A stretch of 59,163 nt of DNA from Gemmatimonadaceae bacterium (GTDB lineage Bacteria; Gemmatimonadota; Gemmatimonadetes; Gemmatimonadales; Gemmatimonadaceae), in NCBI GenBank assembly GCA_035554795.1, contig DATMHT010000404.1, forward strand, positions 1 through 59,163. The letters are read 5' to 3'. A program made the position numbers and the translations under genes. The notes beneath the pieces are model-generated. The model saw only the letters and a program-made list of their open reading frames with translations, ran no database searches and was not told where the DNA came from. Shown here in pieces: positions 44,593 through 52,620 of the stretch (position 1 is the first letter of the stretch; the number at the start of each line of letters is the position of its first letter).

Positions 44593-44948
44593 GATCAATT
44601 TGGCCCAATCGACCTTGTCGGCTTCCGAGGGGGTGCATCCCCCACTCAGTCAACGAACGGCTCGAGCCGCTCGTCACGCCGGAGGTCCACGAAGAACGTA
44701 GACAAAATGTCTGGGTCGAACAAGTGCTAATACAACATTTGTTGTTTCTAACGTTAGGCGACGGACCGAATTGTTCTGCAGCTGTCGAGATCGTGCGCCC
44801 GTACTGCCGAGCCCATGGGCGGCCTAACGCTGTGAACTCGTCTCGGCCGCGGCGGCGGAAGGTGGTGCAGGCGCGCGGCCGAAACGGGGCGGGCGCCCGC
44901 CGCGGCAGCGATGCCTAACGGCACCCTGGTCCCGGCCTAACGCCTAAC

Positions 44949-45008
44949 GGGCAGCCTGCCGGGCGGCCTGCCGGGCAGCCTGACGGGCGGCCTGCCGGGC
45001 AGCCAGAC
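44949..45008. repeat. 12-bp tandem repeat x5 (GGGC[A/G]GCCTGCC)
   Basis: GGGCAGCCTGCC GGGCGGCCTGCC GGGCAGCCTGAC GGGCGGCCTGCC GGGCAGCCAGAC. Non-coding, immediately 3' of the epimerase stop (45024, minus strand). Confidence 0.9.
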
Positions 45009-45023
45009 GCTGTCCGATGTCGC

Positions 45024-46031
45024 CTAACGCTGCCGGATGGCGCCGGACGACGCTTCCTCGTGGGTGTCGAGCCAGCGCGCGAAGCGCTCGAGGCCCACCG
45101 CGAGCGGCGTCGAGGGGGAGTAGCCCAGAAGGCGCCCGGCCTTGGAGACGTCGGCCCAGGTCTGCGGCACGTCGCCCGGTTGCGGCGGGAGCGGCTCGAT
45201 GCGCCCCTCGACGTGCAGCGCCGACTCGAGCGCGTCGAGCAGCTCGCGGAGGCTGACCGGGCTGGCGTTGCCGAGGTTGATCACCTCGTAGTCGCTCGCC
45301 CGGTAGTCGACGCTCGCGACGACGCCGCTCACGACGTCGTCGATGTAGGTGTAGTCGCGGCGGGTCGCCGCCGGGTCCCCGTAGACGGGGATCGGCTCTC
45401 CGCGTCGCATCAGCGTCGCGAAGCGGTGGATGGCGAGGTCCGGCCGCTGGCGCGGCCCATACACTGTGAAGAACCGCAGGGCGATGAAGCGGAGCCCGGA
45501 CAGGTGGCTGTAGCTGTGCCCCAGGAGCTCCCCGCTCACCTTCGTCGCGGCGTACGGGCTGATCGGCCTCAGTCCGACGTCGGACTCGCGCCAGGGGACG
45601 TCGGGGTCGACGCCGTACACCGAGCTGGAAGAGGCGAACACGAACTGCGGAATGCGCCGGACGCGCGCCCACTCCAGGAGCACCTGCGTGCCTCTGACGT
45701 TGACGTCCACGTACTCGACCGGGCGGGCGATCGACGGGCGGACTCCGGCGAGCGCGGCGAGGTGCACCACGGCATCGATGTCGTCGGGGAGCGCCGCGAG
45801 CGCGGCGGCGTCGCGCACGTCCCCCTCGATCAGGCGGAACCCCGGGTGTCCTGCGGCCGAGGCGAGGTTCTGCCGCTTGACGCCGGCGTCGTAGAATGGG
45901 TCGAAGTTGTCGATCGCGGTGACGGCCCGTCCCTGCCCGAGCAGCGCGTCGACGACGTGGCTGCCGATGAATCCCGCGCCACCGGTGACGAGAACGTGGC
46001 GCGGCGCGCTGGTGCTCGACGCCTTCGGCAT
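45024..46031 (-). CDS. NAD-dependent sugar-nucleotide epimerase (SDR family; UDP-glucuronate/UDP-glucose 4-epimerase-like)
   Basis: 335 aa. ATG 46031 preceded by GAGGAGGAG. VTGGAGFIGSH Rossmann motif and YAATK catalytic YxxxK. The longer 518-aa ORF upstream is a GC artefact. Confidence 0.88.
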   Translation of the reverse strand: MPKASSTSAPRHVLVTGGAGFIGSHVVDALLGQGRAVTAIDNFDPFYDAGVKRQNLASAAGHPGFRLIEGDVRDAAALAALPDDIDAVVHLAALAGVRPSIARPVEYVDVNVRGTQVLLEWARVRRIPQFVFASSSSVYGVDPDVPWRESDVGLRPISPYAATKVSGELLGHSYSHLSGLRFIALRFFTVYGPRQRPDLAIHRFATLMRRGEPIPVYGDPAATRRDYTYIDDVVSGVVASVDYRASDYEVINLGNASPVSLRELLDALESALHVEGRIEPLPPQPGDVPQTWADVSKAGRLLGYSPSTPLAVGLERFARWLDTHEEASSGAIRQR

Positions 46032-46093
46032 TCGCTCCTCCTCTCTCCGCGGTCCCGCCGATCGTCGAGCTGCCGCGCCTCGCTGCGCGCCGC

Positions 46094-47245
46094 CTAGGGC
46101 GCGGCGCTGGCGTCGGCCCACTGCTCGACCGAGCGCAGGAGCGACGGCACCTGGGCGCGCGACGTGGCGCCGAGCTTGTCGAGCACCTTCTGCGTGTGAT
46201 GACGCGCGGTGTGCGGACTGACCCCGAGTGTGTGCGCGATGTCGGCGTTCGACTTCCCGTGCAGGAGCAGATGCGTGACGTCCACCTCGCGATCGGTGAG
46301 ACCGTAGGTCCGCCGCAGCGCTTCGACCGGCAGCGCCGTCACCGCGGTGGATGCGTCGGCGGGCGAGTCCACGCGCATCAGGCGCTCGAGCGAGACGGCG
46401 ATCGCCGCCGCGCCACCCGGCCCGTCCGGCGCGATCTCGCAGCAGCGGACGCGATAGCGCCCCGTGTCGCTGCGCAGCTCGATCGGCTGCGCGACGAAGT
46501 CGCGCAGGGCGGCGGGACAGTCGCCGCCGCCGCTCAGCGCCGCTGCCTCGCGCATCCGGAATCCCATCGCCGCGCGCCACAGCTCGTTGCGGATGCGGGT
46601 GCGCTGCGGCTCGGCCGCGAGCAGCCGCGCGAGCGCGGCGTTCTCATACAGCACGCTCCCGTCGCGGGCGAAGAGCAGGGTGCCGGCGCTGAGCGCGTCG
46701 AGCAGGCGGGTGAGCGCACGGTGGCTCGGCGCCGCGAACATCCGCTCGCGCGCGCCGGCGACGAACGCCGGCATGACGAGCCGCAGCGTCTCGAGGTGGC
46801 CCCGCGTCTCCGCCGCCGAGCGCGGCCCGTGGTAGTGGCAGGCGAGGCTCGCGTTGACGCCCGGAAGGTCGAGCGCGGCGGTCATGCCGACCGCCTCGTA
46901 GCGCGCGCCGTCCACCGCGACCTCGGAGATCTCGCCGTGACCGGCGCGGCGGCACCAGACGCGTGTGCGCGGCGGCGGCAGGTCGTCGGCGCCCGAGGTC
47001 GGAGACGCCTTCGGCGACTGCACGATGCGGTGCAGCAGCTCGTGGGAGATGCCGTCGCCGAAGGCGCGGACCGCGCGGCCGCACTGGAGGACGAGCACCG
47101 CGTTGGCGGCGTCGGCGAGCCGGGTGAGCGCCGCGGTCGCCGCGCGTCCCCATCGCTCGTCGTCGTCGTGTGCCGCGGCCGAGAGCAGAGCGTCGAGTGC
47201 CGTGGTGAAGCGCTCGCGGCCGTCGGGGGAAAGCGTGAGATCCAT
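46094..47245 (-). CDS. LuxR/GerE-family transcriptional regulator with uncharacterised N-terminal domain (paralogue 1)
   Basis: 383 aa (ATG 47245). C-terminal HTH LTDREVDVTHLLLHGKSNADIAHTLGVSPHTARHHTQKVLDKLG. It shares YEAVGMTA, LLFA..G..LY and GRY.(V/L)RCCEI motifs with the next gene. Confidence 0.8.
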   Translation of the reverse strand: MDLTLSPDGRERFTTALDALLSAAAHDDDERWGRAATAALTRLADAANAVLVLQCGRAVRAFGDGISHELLHRIVQSPKASPTSGADDLPPPRTRVWCRRAGHGEISEVAVDGARYEAVGMTAALDLPGVNASLACHYHGPRSAAETRGHLETLRLVMPAFVAGARERMFAAPSHRALTRLLDALSAGTLLFARDGSVLYENAALARLLAAEPQRTRIRNELWRAAMGFRMREAAALSGGGDCPAALRDFVAQPIELRSDTGRYRVRCCEIAPDGPGGAAAIAVSLERLMRVDSPADASTAVTALPVEALRRTYGLTDREVDVTHLLLHGKSNADIAHTLGVSPHTARHHTQKVLDKLGATSRAQVPSLLRSVEQWADASAAP

Positions 47246-47397
47246 CGTGCGGATCTCCGGGAGCGGGTGGTCCGGCGCGCGTTCCGGCGCCGGTACGTCA
47301 CGCACTGCTGCACGCCGACGACCGGCGACGGTCACCGAGCGGCCCAGCCGATTATAGCGAACTCCGGAGGGGCCGCAAGCCAGGCAGCGGCGGCCCG

Positions 47398-48549
47398 CTA
47401 GGCGTCGCCGGCCCGAGGCGGCGCCAGGTGCGCGTGCAGGACGGCCGGGACCTCGGCGCGCGAGCGCACGCCGAGCTTCTCGAGCACGTGCTCCGTGTGC
47501 CGGCGGGCCGTGAACTCGCTGATGCCGAGCTGGCGCGCCACCTCGGCGTTCGGCTTGCCGGCGAGCAGGAGCCTCGCCACGTCGAGCTCGCGCGTGGTCA
47601 GGCCGTAGCGGGTGCGCAGGGTCGAGGCCGCGCCCTCGAGAGGGTCCGCGGTGCTCCCGATCGTCGCGACCAACTCGATCGTCGTCGCGACGAGCGCCGG
47701 CGGCCCCGGCTCCTCGGGCGGGATCTCGCAGCAGCGCAGCACGTACCGGCCGTGCGTGGTCTCGACGGTGCACGAGTCGGTGGCGAGCGTTCGCTGGTCG
47801 GCGTCGCTCTGCCGCGTCGCCGGACGATCCGCCAGGAAGGTGCGGACGAGCTGCGCCATCTCCTCACGAACGAGGTCCCGGGCGGGGTCTCCGCCGAGGA
47901 GGCGCGTGAGGGCCGTCGTCGCGTAGAGCGGCTCGCCGTTGCCGGCGAAGAGCAGGGCGCTCGCGCCCGATGCCTCGAGCAGGCGCGCGGCGAGTCGCCG
48001 CGTTCCTGCGGCGCTGGTGCGCACGCGCGCCGCGGAGGCGAAGGCTGGAAGGAGGCTTCGCAGGAGCTCGAGGCGGCGTTGCGTCTGAATCGCGTCACGG
48101 TGCGGCGACAGCCGACATACCGCCGTCGCGAACACACCCGGAAGCCCGAGCTCCGCGGTCATCCCGACCGCCTCGTAGGCGGCGCCGTCCGCCGCGACGC
48201 CGGCGACCGCCTCCAGGGCGCGGTGGGGCACGTGCTGGGTCGTCGTCGCGGGGCGACACCAGGCGTAGGCGCGGTAGGGCGAGTGGCCGATGTCGTCGGG
48301 GATCGCCGGCGCGTTGGGCGCGCGCAGCGCGCCGCGGACCATGCCGGCCGAGACGCCGGCCGCGAGGGGCCCGATCGTCTCGCCTCCCTGGAGCACGAGG
48401 GTGACGTCGTCCGCGCCGGTGAGGGACGCCAGGGCGCGAACGACCCCGCGCTCCCACACCTCGAGCGGGGCGCTCAGTGACAGCGCGAACAACGCGGCGA
48501 GAACGTCTCCAATGCTGGAGAGGACGTTAGGCGCGAGCGTGTCGTCCAT
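47398..48549 (-). CDS. LuxR/GerE-family transcriptional regulator (paralogue 2, same 383-aa length)
   Basis: ATG 48549 (MDDTLAP). C-terminal HTH LTTRELDVARLLLAGKPNAEVARQLGISEFTARRHTEHVLEKLG. Confidence 0.8.
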   Translation of the reverse strand: MDDTLAPNVLSSIGDVLAALFALSLSAPLEVWERGVVRALASLTGADDVTLVLQGGETIGPLAAGVSAGMVRGALRAPNAPAIPDDIGHSPYRAYAWCRPATTTQHVPHRALEAVAGVAADGAAYEAVGMTAELGLPGVFATAVCRLSPHRDAIQTQRRLELLRSLLPAFASAARVRTSAAGTRRLAARLLEASGASALLFAGNGEPLYATTALTRLLGGDPARDLVREEMAQLVRTFLADRPATRQSDADQRTLATDSCTVETTHGRYVLRCCEIPPEEPGPPALVATTIELVATIGSTADPLEGAASTLRTRYGLTTRELDVARLLLAGKPNAEVARQLGISEFTARRHTEHVLEKLGVRSRAEVPAVLHAHLAPPRAGDA

Positions 48550-48739
48550 GCGTGGCTCCGTCGGAGCGCGGTGCCTGGCTACGGGCGTCGGTACCGGGGC
48601 GCGGCGATCGCCTAACGGTGGATTCCGGCCGCTCGCGCCTGACGCGGGCACGATTCGCACCGGAACTCGTGAGGCAGATCACCAAAAAAATAGGCGAAAT
48701 GACCAATGGCTCGAATTAAGGGACTCCCATATCGTGACG

Positions 48740-48845
48740 CGCGTCACAAACCCTTCTCCGAGAAGAGCACCCCGGCTGCGAGGCCGGTCCGCAGAGCCAC
48801 AGGTCTCCGATGCTGGAGACAGCTGGGCCGCCGAAGAGAGTTGAA
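48740..48845 (+). promoter_or_regulatory. structured 5' leader with partial resemblance to the two GEMM-I elements (candidate divergent riboswitch)
   Basis: CACAAACC-hairpin-...CGCAGAGCCACAGG...CAGCUGGGCCGCCGAAG compares with copy 1/2 GGCAAACC-hairpin-GGGACGCAAAGC(U/C)ACGAGG...(A/G)GUCGGG(CC/UU)GCCGAAC. The GNRA loop and the GGGAC are not conserved. Confidence 0.3.
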
Positions 48846-48902
48846 CCGGCGCGTACAACCCTGGTGGCGCCGGCGCCTTCAGCAGTGCGGAGGGATGTCT
48901 CT

Positions 48903-50831
48903 ATGAGGAAACGGTATGTGGTAGCCGCGACCGTGGCAGCGGTCGCGGTCGCGACGGCGTGTTCCGACTCGCCGACCGAGCTGGCGAAGCAGCGGACGCG
49001 GGCGCCGTCGGCCCCCTCGGCCAACAACGTGGCCGGCGCGGCGTTCACCTCCGTGAACGAGACCGTGGACGGCACCGGTCACTGCGCCAACGGGAACCCG
49101 AACAACAACTGCAACATCTACGACGGCAAGCAGTACGTCTGGCTCGACGGCGGGCCTGCCGCGGCGTTCCTCGGCGGCGACGGCGACTACTTCTTCGCCG
49201 TGCTCTCGCCGTCGGGCCAGGCCAACCCGAACGATGCCGCCACCGTTCCGGACGGCGGCAGCGGCTCGCCGACGAACCTGTCGGACGACTTCGACGCCTA
49301 CACGAATCGCACGTTCAGCGTGTCGGGCAACTCGGTCTCCTACAGCGGGACCCACGACTTCGACAGCGGCAAGATCCGGCTGATGCCGTACTCGAACACG
49401 CTCAATCCGGGCGGCGTCTACATCCTGGCCGTCTGCTCGCTCGCCGACGGCTACCCGGTCGCGTCGAGCAAGTGCAAGTACGACGCGTTCAAGGTCAACG
49501 TCGAGGGCGGTGGGACCGAGGCCGCGGCTCCGACGATCCTCAAGGACGCGAACGGCGCGTACGACAACACGTACGCGTGGACGATCCAGAAGGCCGTGGA
49601 CAAGACGCTCGTCAAGCAGGTCGGGGGGAGCGCGACGTTCAACTACACCGTCACCGTGACGCACGACGGCGGCACGGTCAGCAACGTCGCGGTCAGCGGA
49701 ACGATCCAGGTCTTCAACCCCAACGCCAGCGCCATCACCGGCGCCGACGTCACCGATCAGCTCAGCGACGGCACGACCTGCACCGTCACCGGCGGCGCGA
49801 ACGTGACGCTGGCGTCGGGCGCCAACAACTTCGCCTACTCGTGCAGCCTGAGCGCCCTCCCGTCCGGGTCGCTCGACAACACGGCGACGGTGACGTGGCC
49901 CGCGCAGACGCTCACCGAGGGCGCACTCGCCGCCGGGTCGGACAACTTCATGGTCGCGGGCATCACGTTCACCGCGAACGTGATCGACGAGACGATCTCC
50001 GTCACCGACACCTATGCCGGTACCCTGGGAACCGTGTCGGTCGGCGACGCCAACCCGAGTACGTTCACGTACTCGCGGACGATCGCGATTCCGGCATCGA
50101 GCTGCGTGAGCTACGGCAACACGGCGACCTTCACGACGAACGACACCGGCGCCACCGGCTCGGCCAGCCAGACGGTCACGGTCTGCGGTCCCGCCCGGAC
50201 CGGCGCGCTGACGATCGGCTTCTGGAAAGGCCCGAACGGCAACAGCCTGATTCAGAACTACTGCATGGGCAGCCCGTCGCTGGCGACGTACCTCTCCAGC
50301 CTCGGCTCGGGCTCCGGTCCGTTCGCGAACGCCGCCGGCAAGACGTGCAGCCAGCTCGTCACCTACGTCAACGGCATCATCAATGGCGCCTCGGCGACCA
50401 ACATGAACACGATGCTCAAGGCGCAGATGCTGGCCACCGCGCTCGACGTCTACTTCAGCTCGGCCGGTTACAGCACGACCGCGTACGGGTCGGGCAAGAA
50501 CCAGGTCAAGCCGCCGTCGAGCTTCCTGCCGAATGGCGGGATCGGGACGTTCACCATGGATCTCACGGCGATCTGCCCGATGGTGGACAACACGACGACC
50601 GGCACCGCGACGTGCCAGGGCGGCACGCCGTCCACCAACGGCTTCGCGTCGGGCGCGCTGCCGTCGGCGGCGATGACCATCAACAGCATCCTGAACTTCG
50701 CCGCGACCACGCCGTCGCCGTTCAACGGCTCGACGTCGAACAGCATCTGGTACGCGGGCGACCGCACGAAGGAAGAGATCCTGAAGAACGTGTTCGATCA
50801 GATCAACAACCAGGACGCCTTCGCGCCGTAA
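48903..50831 (+). CDS. secreted lipoprotein of unknown function (Ig-like/DUF11-like repeats, Cys-rich)
   Basis: ATG 48903. Lipobox AVATAC. Beta-rich, Thr/Ser/Asn-rich repeats (ATFNYTVTVTHDGGTVSNVAVSGTIQVFNP...). No catalytic motif recognised. Confidence 0.7.
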   Translation: MRKRYVVAATVAAVAVATACSDSPTELAKQRTRAPSAPSANNVAGAAFTSVNETVDGTGHCANGNPNNNCNIYDGKQYVWLDGGPAAAFLGGDGDYFFAVLSPSGQANPNDAATVPDGGSGSPTNLSDDFDAYTNRTFSVSGNSVSYSGTHDFDSGKIRLMPYSNTLNPGGVYILAVCSLADGYPVASSKCKYDAFKVNVEGGGTEAAAPTILKDANGAYDNTYAWTIQKAVDKTLVKQVGGSATFNYTVTVTHDGGTVSNVAVSGTIQVFNPNASAITGADVTDQLSDGTTCTVTGGANVTLASGANNFAYSCSLSALPSGSLDNTATVTWPAQTLTEGALAAGSDNFMVAGITFTANVIDETISVTDTYAGTLGTVSVGDANPSTFTYSRTIAIPASSCVSYGNTATFTTNDTGATGSASQTVTVCGPARTGALTIGFWKGPNGNSLIQNYCMGSPSLATYLSSLGSGSGPFANAAGKTCSQLVTYVNGIINGASATNMNTMLKAQMLATALDVYFSSAGYSTTAYGSGKNQVKPPSSFLPNGGIGTFTMDLTAICPMVDNTTTGTATCQGGTPSTNGFASGALPSAAMTINSILNFAATTPSPFNGSTSNSIWYAGDRTKEEILKNVFDQINNQDAFAP

Positions 50832-50877
50832 CGGCTTCGAGGCCGCCGTTCGATAGCGGCCGCGAACGAGGCAAGAG

Positions 50878-50907
50878 CTGCGGGGTCCCGTTCGCGGGGC
50901 CCCGCAG
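50878..50907 (+). terminator. 13-bp stem / UUCG tetraloop hairpin after the 48903 gene
   Basis: CTGCGGGGTCCCG TTCG CGGGGCCCCGCAG (one G-U pair), 47 nt after the stop at 50831. Confidence 0.65.
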
Positions 50908-50941
50908 TGCTTCCCGGGCCGGACGTTGCTCGAAAGGAAAG

Positions 50942-50977
50942 CGAGTGGGGTGGGGAACGCGTTCCCCACCCCGCTCG
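50942..50977 (-). terminator. G-tract/C-tract palindrome after the protease gene
   Basis: CGAGTGGGGTGGGGAACG / CGTTCCCCACCCCGCTCG is 17/18 complementary with no spacer. It lies 30 nt beyond the protease stop (51007, minus strand). Confidence 0.65.
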
Positions 50978-51006
50978 TCACTTCGCATAACCTGGCTCGG
51001 TCCGCG

Positions 51007-52608
51007 TCAGAGCCTCTTCACGGTAACCGTCGCGGTCCGCGTGTTCTGCTGACCGGCCGTGTCGGTGACCGTCAGCGTCACCGTGTAGCTGCCGGCCGCC
51101 TTGTAAGTGTACAGGAGCTTGGTGAGCGAGCTGCCCGTCGCCGCGGAGGTGCCGTCGCCGAAGTCCCAGGTGTACGACGCGATGCCGGCGTCGTCGGTGG
51201 AACCCGACGCGTCGAACTTGCACTTGCCGCGCGCGCAGCTCCACGTGAAGCTCGCCACCGGCGGCTGGTCCACCGTCGCCGGCGGAGGCGGCGATGTCAC
51301 CACTGTCGTCGTGTCCGGCGGCGGCGTGGTGGTGTCGGGGGCGGGCTGCATCGTGCCCGACGTGATGCTCGAGTACAGGAGCAGGTTCGCGGTGCCCGAC
51401 GGTACGGACGACAGCACGTTCGGCGTCGCGCCGCCGACGATCGCCGACGTCACCTGCGCCGGCGTCGCGCCCGGGTTGGCCGAGAGATACAGCGCGGCCA
51501 CGCCGGCGACGTGCGGCGACGCCATGGAGGTGCCGCCCATGACCGTGGAGCTCGTGTCGTCCACGTAGGAGGCGGAGCGGATCGCCGAACCGGGGGCGAA
51601 GAGGTCCACGCACGGGCCGAAGTTCGAGTACCCGGACATGCCGTCGCCATTCCACGACGCGCCGACCGTGAGCGCCTCGGGCGTGCTCGCGGGTGAGTAG
51701 TTGCAGGCGTCGGTCGAGCTGTTCCCGGCGGCGACGGCGTACACGACGCCCGCCTTGATCGAGCTCTGGACGGCCGAGTTGAGGGTCGAGGAGACGCTGC
51801 CCGTCAAGGACATGTTGGCGACGGCGGGGAGCGTGCGATGCTGCGTGACCCAGTCGATGCCGGCGATGATGCCGCTGTACGAGCCGTAGCCCGTGCAGTC
51901 GAGCACCCGGACCGAGTAGAGCGTGGCGCCCTTCGCCACGCCGTAGCTCTTCCCGCCGACGATGCCGGCGACGTGCGTGCCGTGGCCGCTGCAGTCGCTC
52001 GTGCCGTTGCCGTCGTTGATCGCCGAGTAGGCGCCGAGCGCGCGCCCGCCGAACTCCGCGTGCGTCGCGCGGATCCCCGAATCGAGGATGTAGACGCTCA
52101 CGCGGGCGCCCGTGGTGGCGTAGCCGTAGCTCTTGTCCAGCGGCAGCGTGCGCTGGTCGAGGCGATCGAGCCCCCAGTCGGGCGAGCTCTGCACGTCGCT
52201 CGCGCGCACGCGCTGGTCGGCCTCGACGCCCGCGACCATCGGGTTCCGCGCCAGCGCGTCCACCGCCGCGGCGGGGAAGTGCGCGGCGAAGCCCTTGATC
52301 GCGCTCGTGTAGGTGTAGCGCAGCGTGCCGCCCAGGGTGGTCGCCAACTCGCGTGCCCGCGCCGGCACGTCGCGTACCGAATCGCGGAAGACGACGATAT
52401 ACTCGTCGGGGATGACGTCGCTGGAGGAGCCCGCCGCGACCGCCGAACGGCGAAGCGTCGGCGCGGCCGCGGGGGCCGGTGGCGCGCTGGCGTCCTGACA
52501 GGCGGCGAGCGTGGCGAGGGTGCAGAGGGCGAGCGCGGTGCGCACACGCGCGCGGCGGTCGGGACGCGCGCCAACGAGCGCGGTCCCGCGACGGGTCGTC
52601 GCGGACAT
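51007..52608 (-). CDS. secreted subtilisin-like serine protease (S8, proteinase K-like) with I9 propeptide and C-terminal PKD domain
   Basis: Lipobox LATLAAC. Catalytic triad VYILDSGI (Asp), GHGTHVAG (His), GGTSMASPHVAG (Ser). C-terminal PKD (YTWDFGDGTSA...YTVTLTVTD). Confidence 0.92.
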   Translation of the reverse strand: MSATTRRGTALVGARPDRRARVRTALALCTLATLAACQDASAPPAPAAAPTLRRSAVAAGSSSDVIPDEYIVVFRDSVRDVPARARELATTLGGTLRYTYTSAIKGFAAHFPAAAVDALARNPMVAGVEADQRVRASDVQSSPDWGLDRLDQRTLPLDKSYGYATTGARVSVYILDSGIRATHAEFGGRALGAYSAINDGNGTSDCSGHGTHVAGIVGGKSYGVAKGATLYSVRVLDCTGYGSYSGIIAGIDWVTQHRTLPAVANMSLTGSVSSTLNSAVQSSIKAGVVYAVAAGNSSTDACNYSPASTPEALTVGASWNGDGMSGYSNFGPCVDLFAPGSAIRSASYVDDTSSTVMGGTSMASPHVAGVAALYLSANPGATPAQVTSAIVGGATPNVLSSVPSGTANLLLYSSITSGTMQPAPDTTTPPPDTTTVVTSPPPPATVDQPPVASFTWSCARGKCKFDASGSTDDAGIASYTWDFGDGTSAATGSSLTKLLYTYKAAGSYTVTLTVTDTAGQQNTRTATVTVKRL

Positions 52609-52620
52609 GGGGCATCTCCG

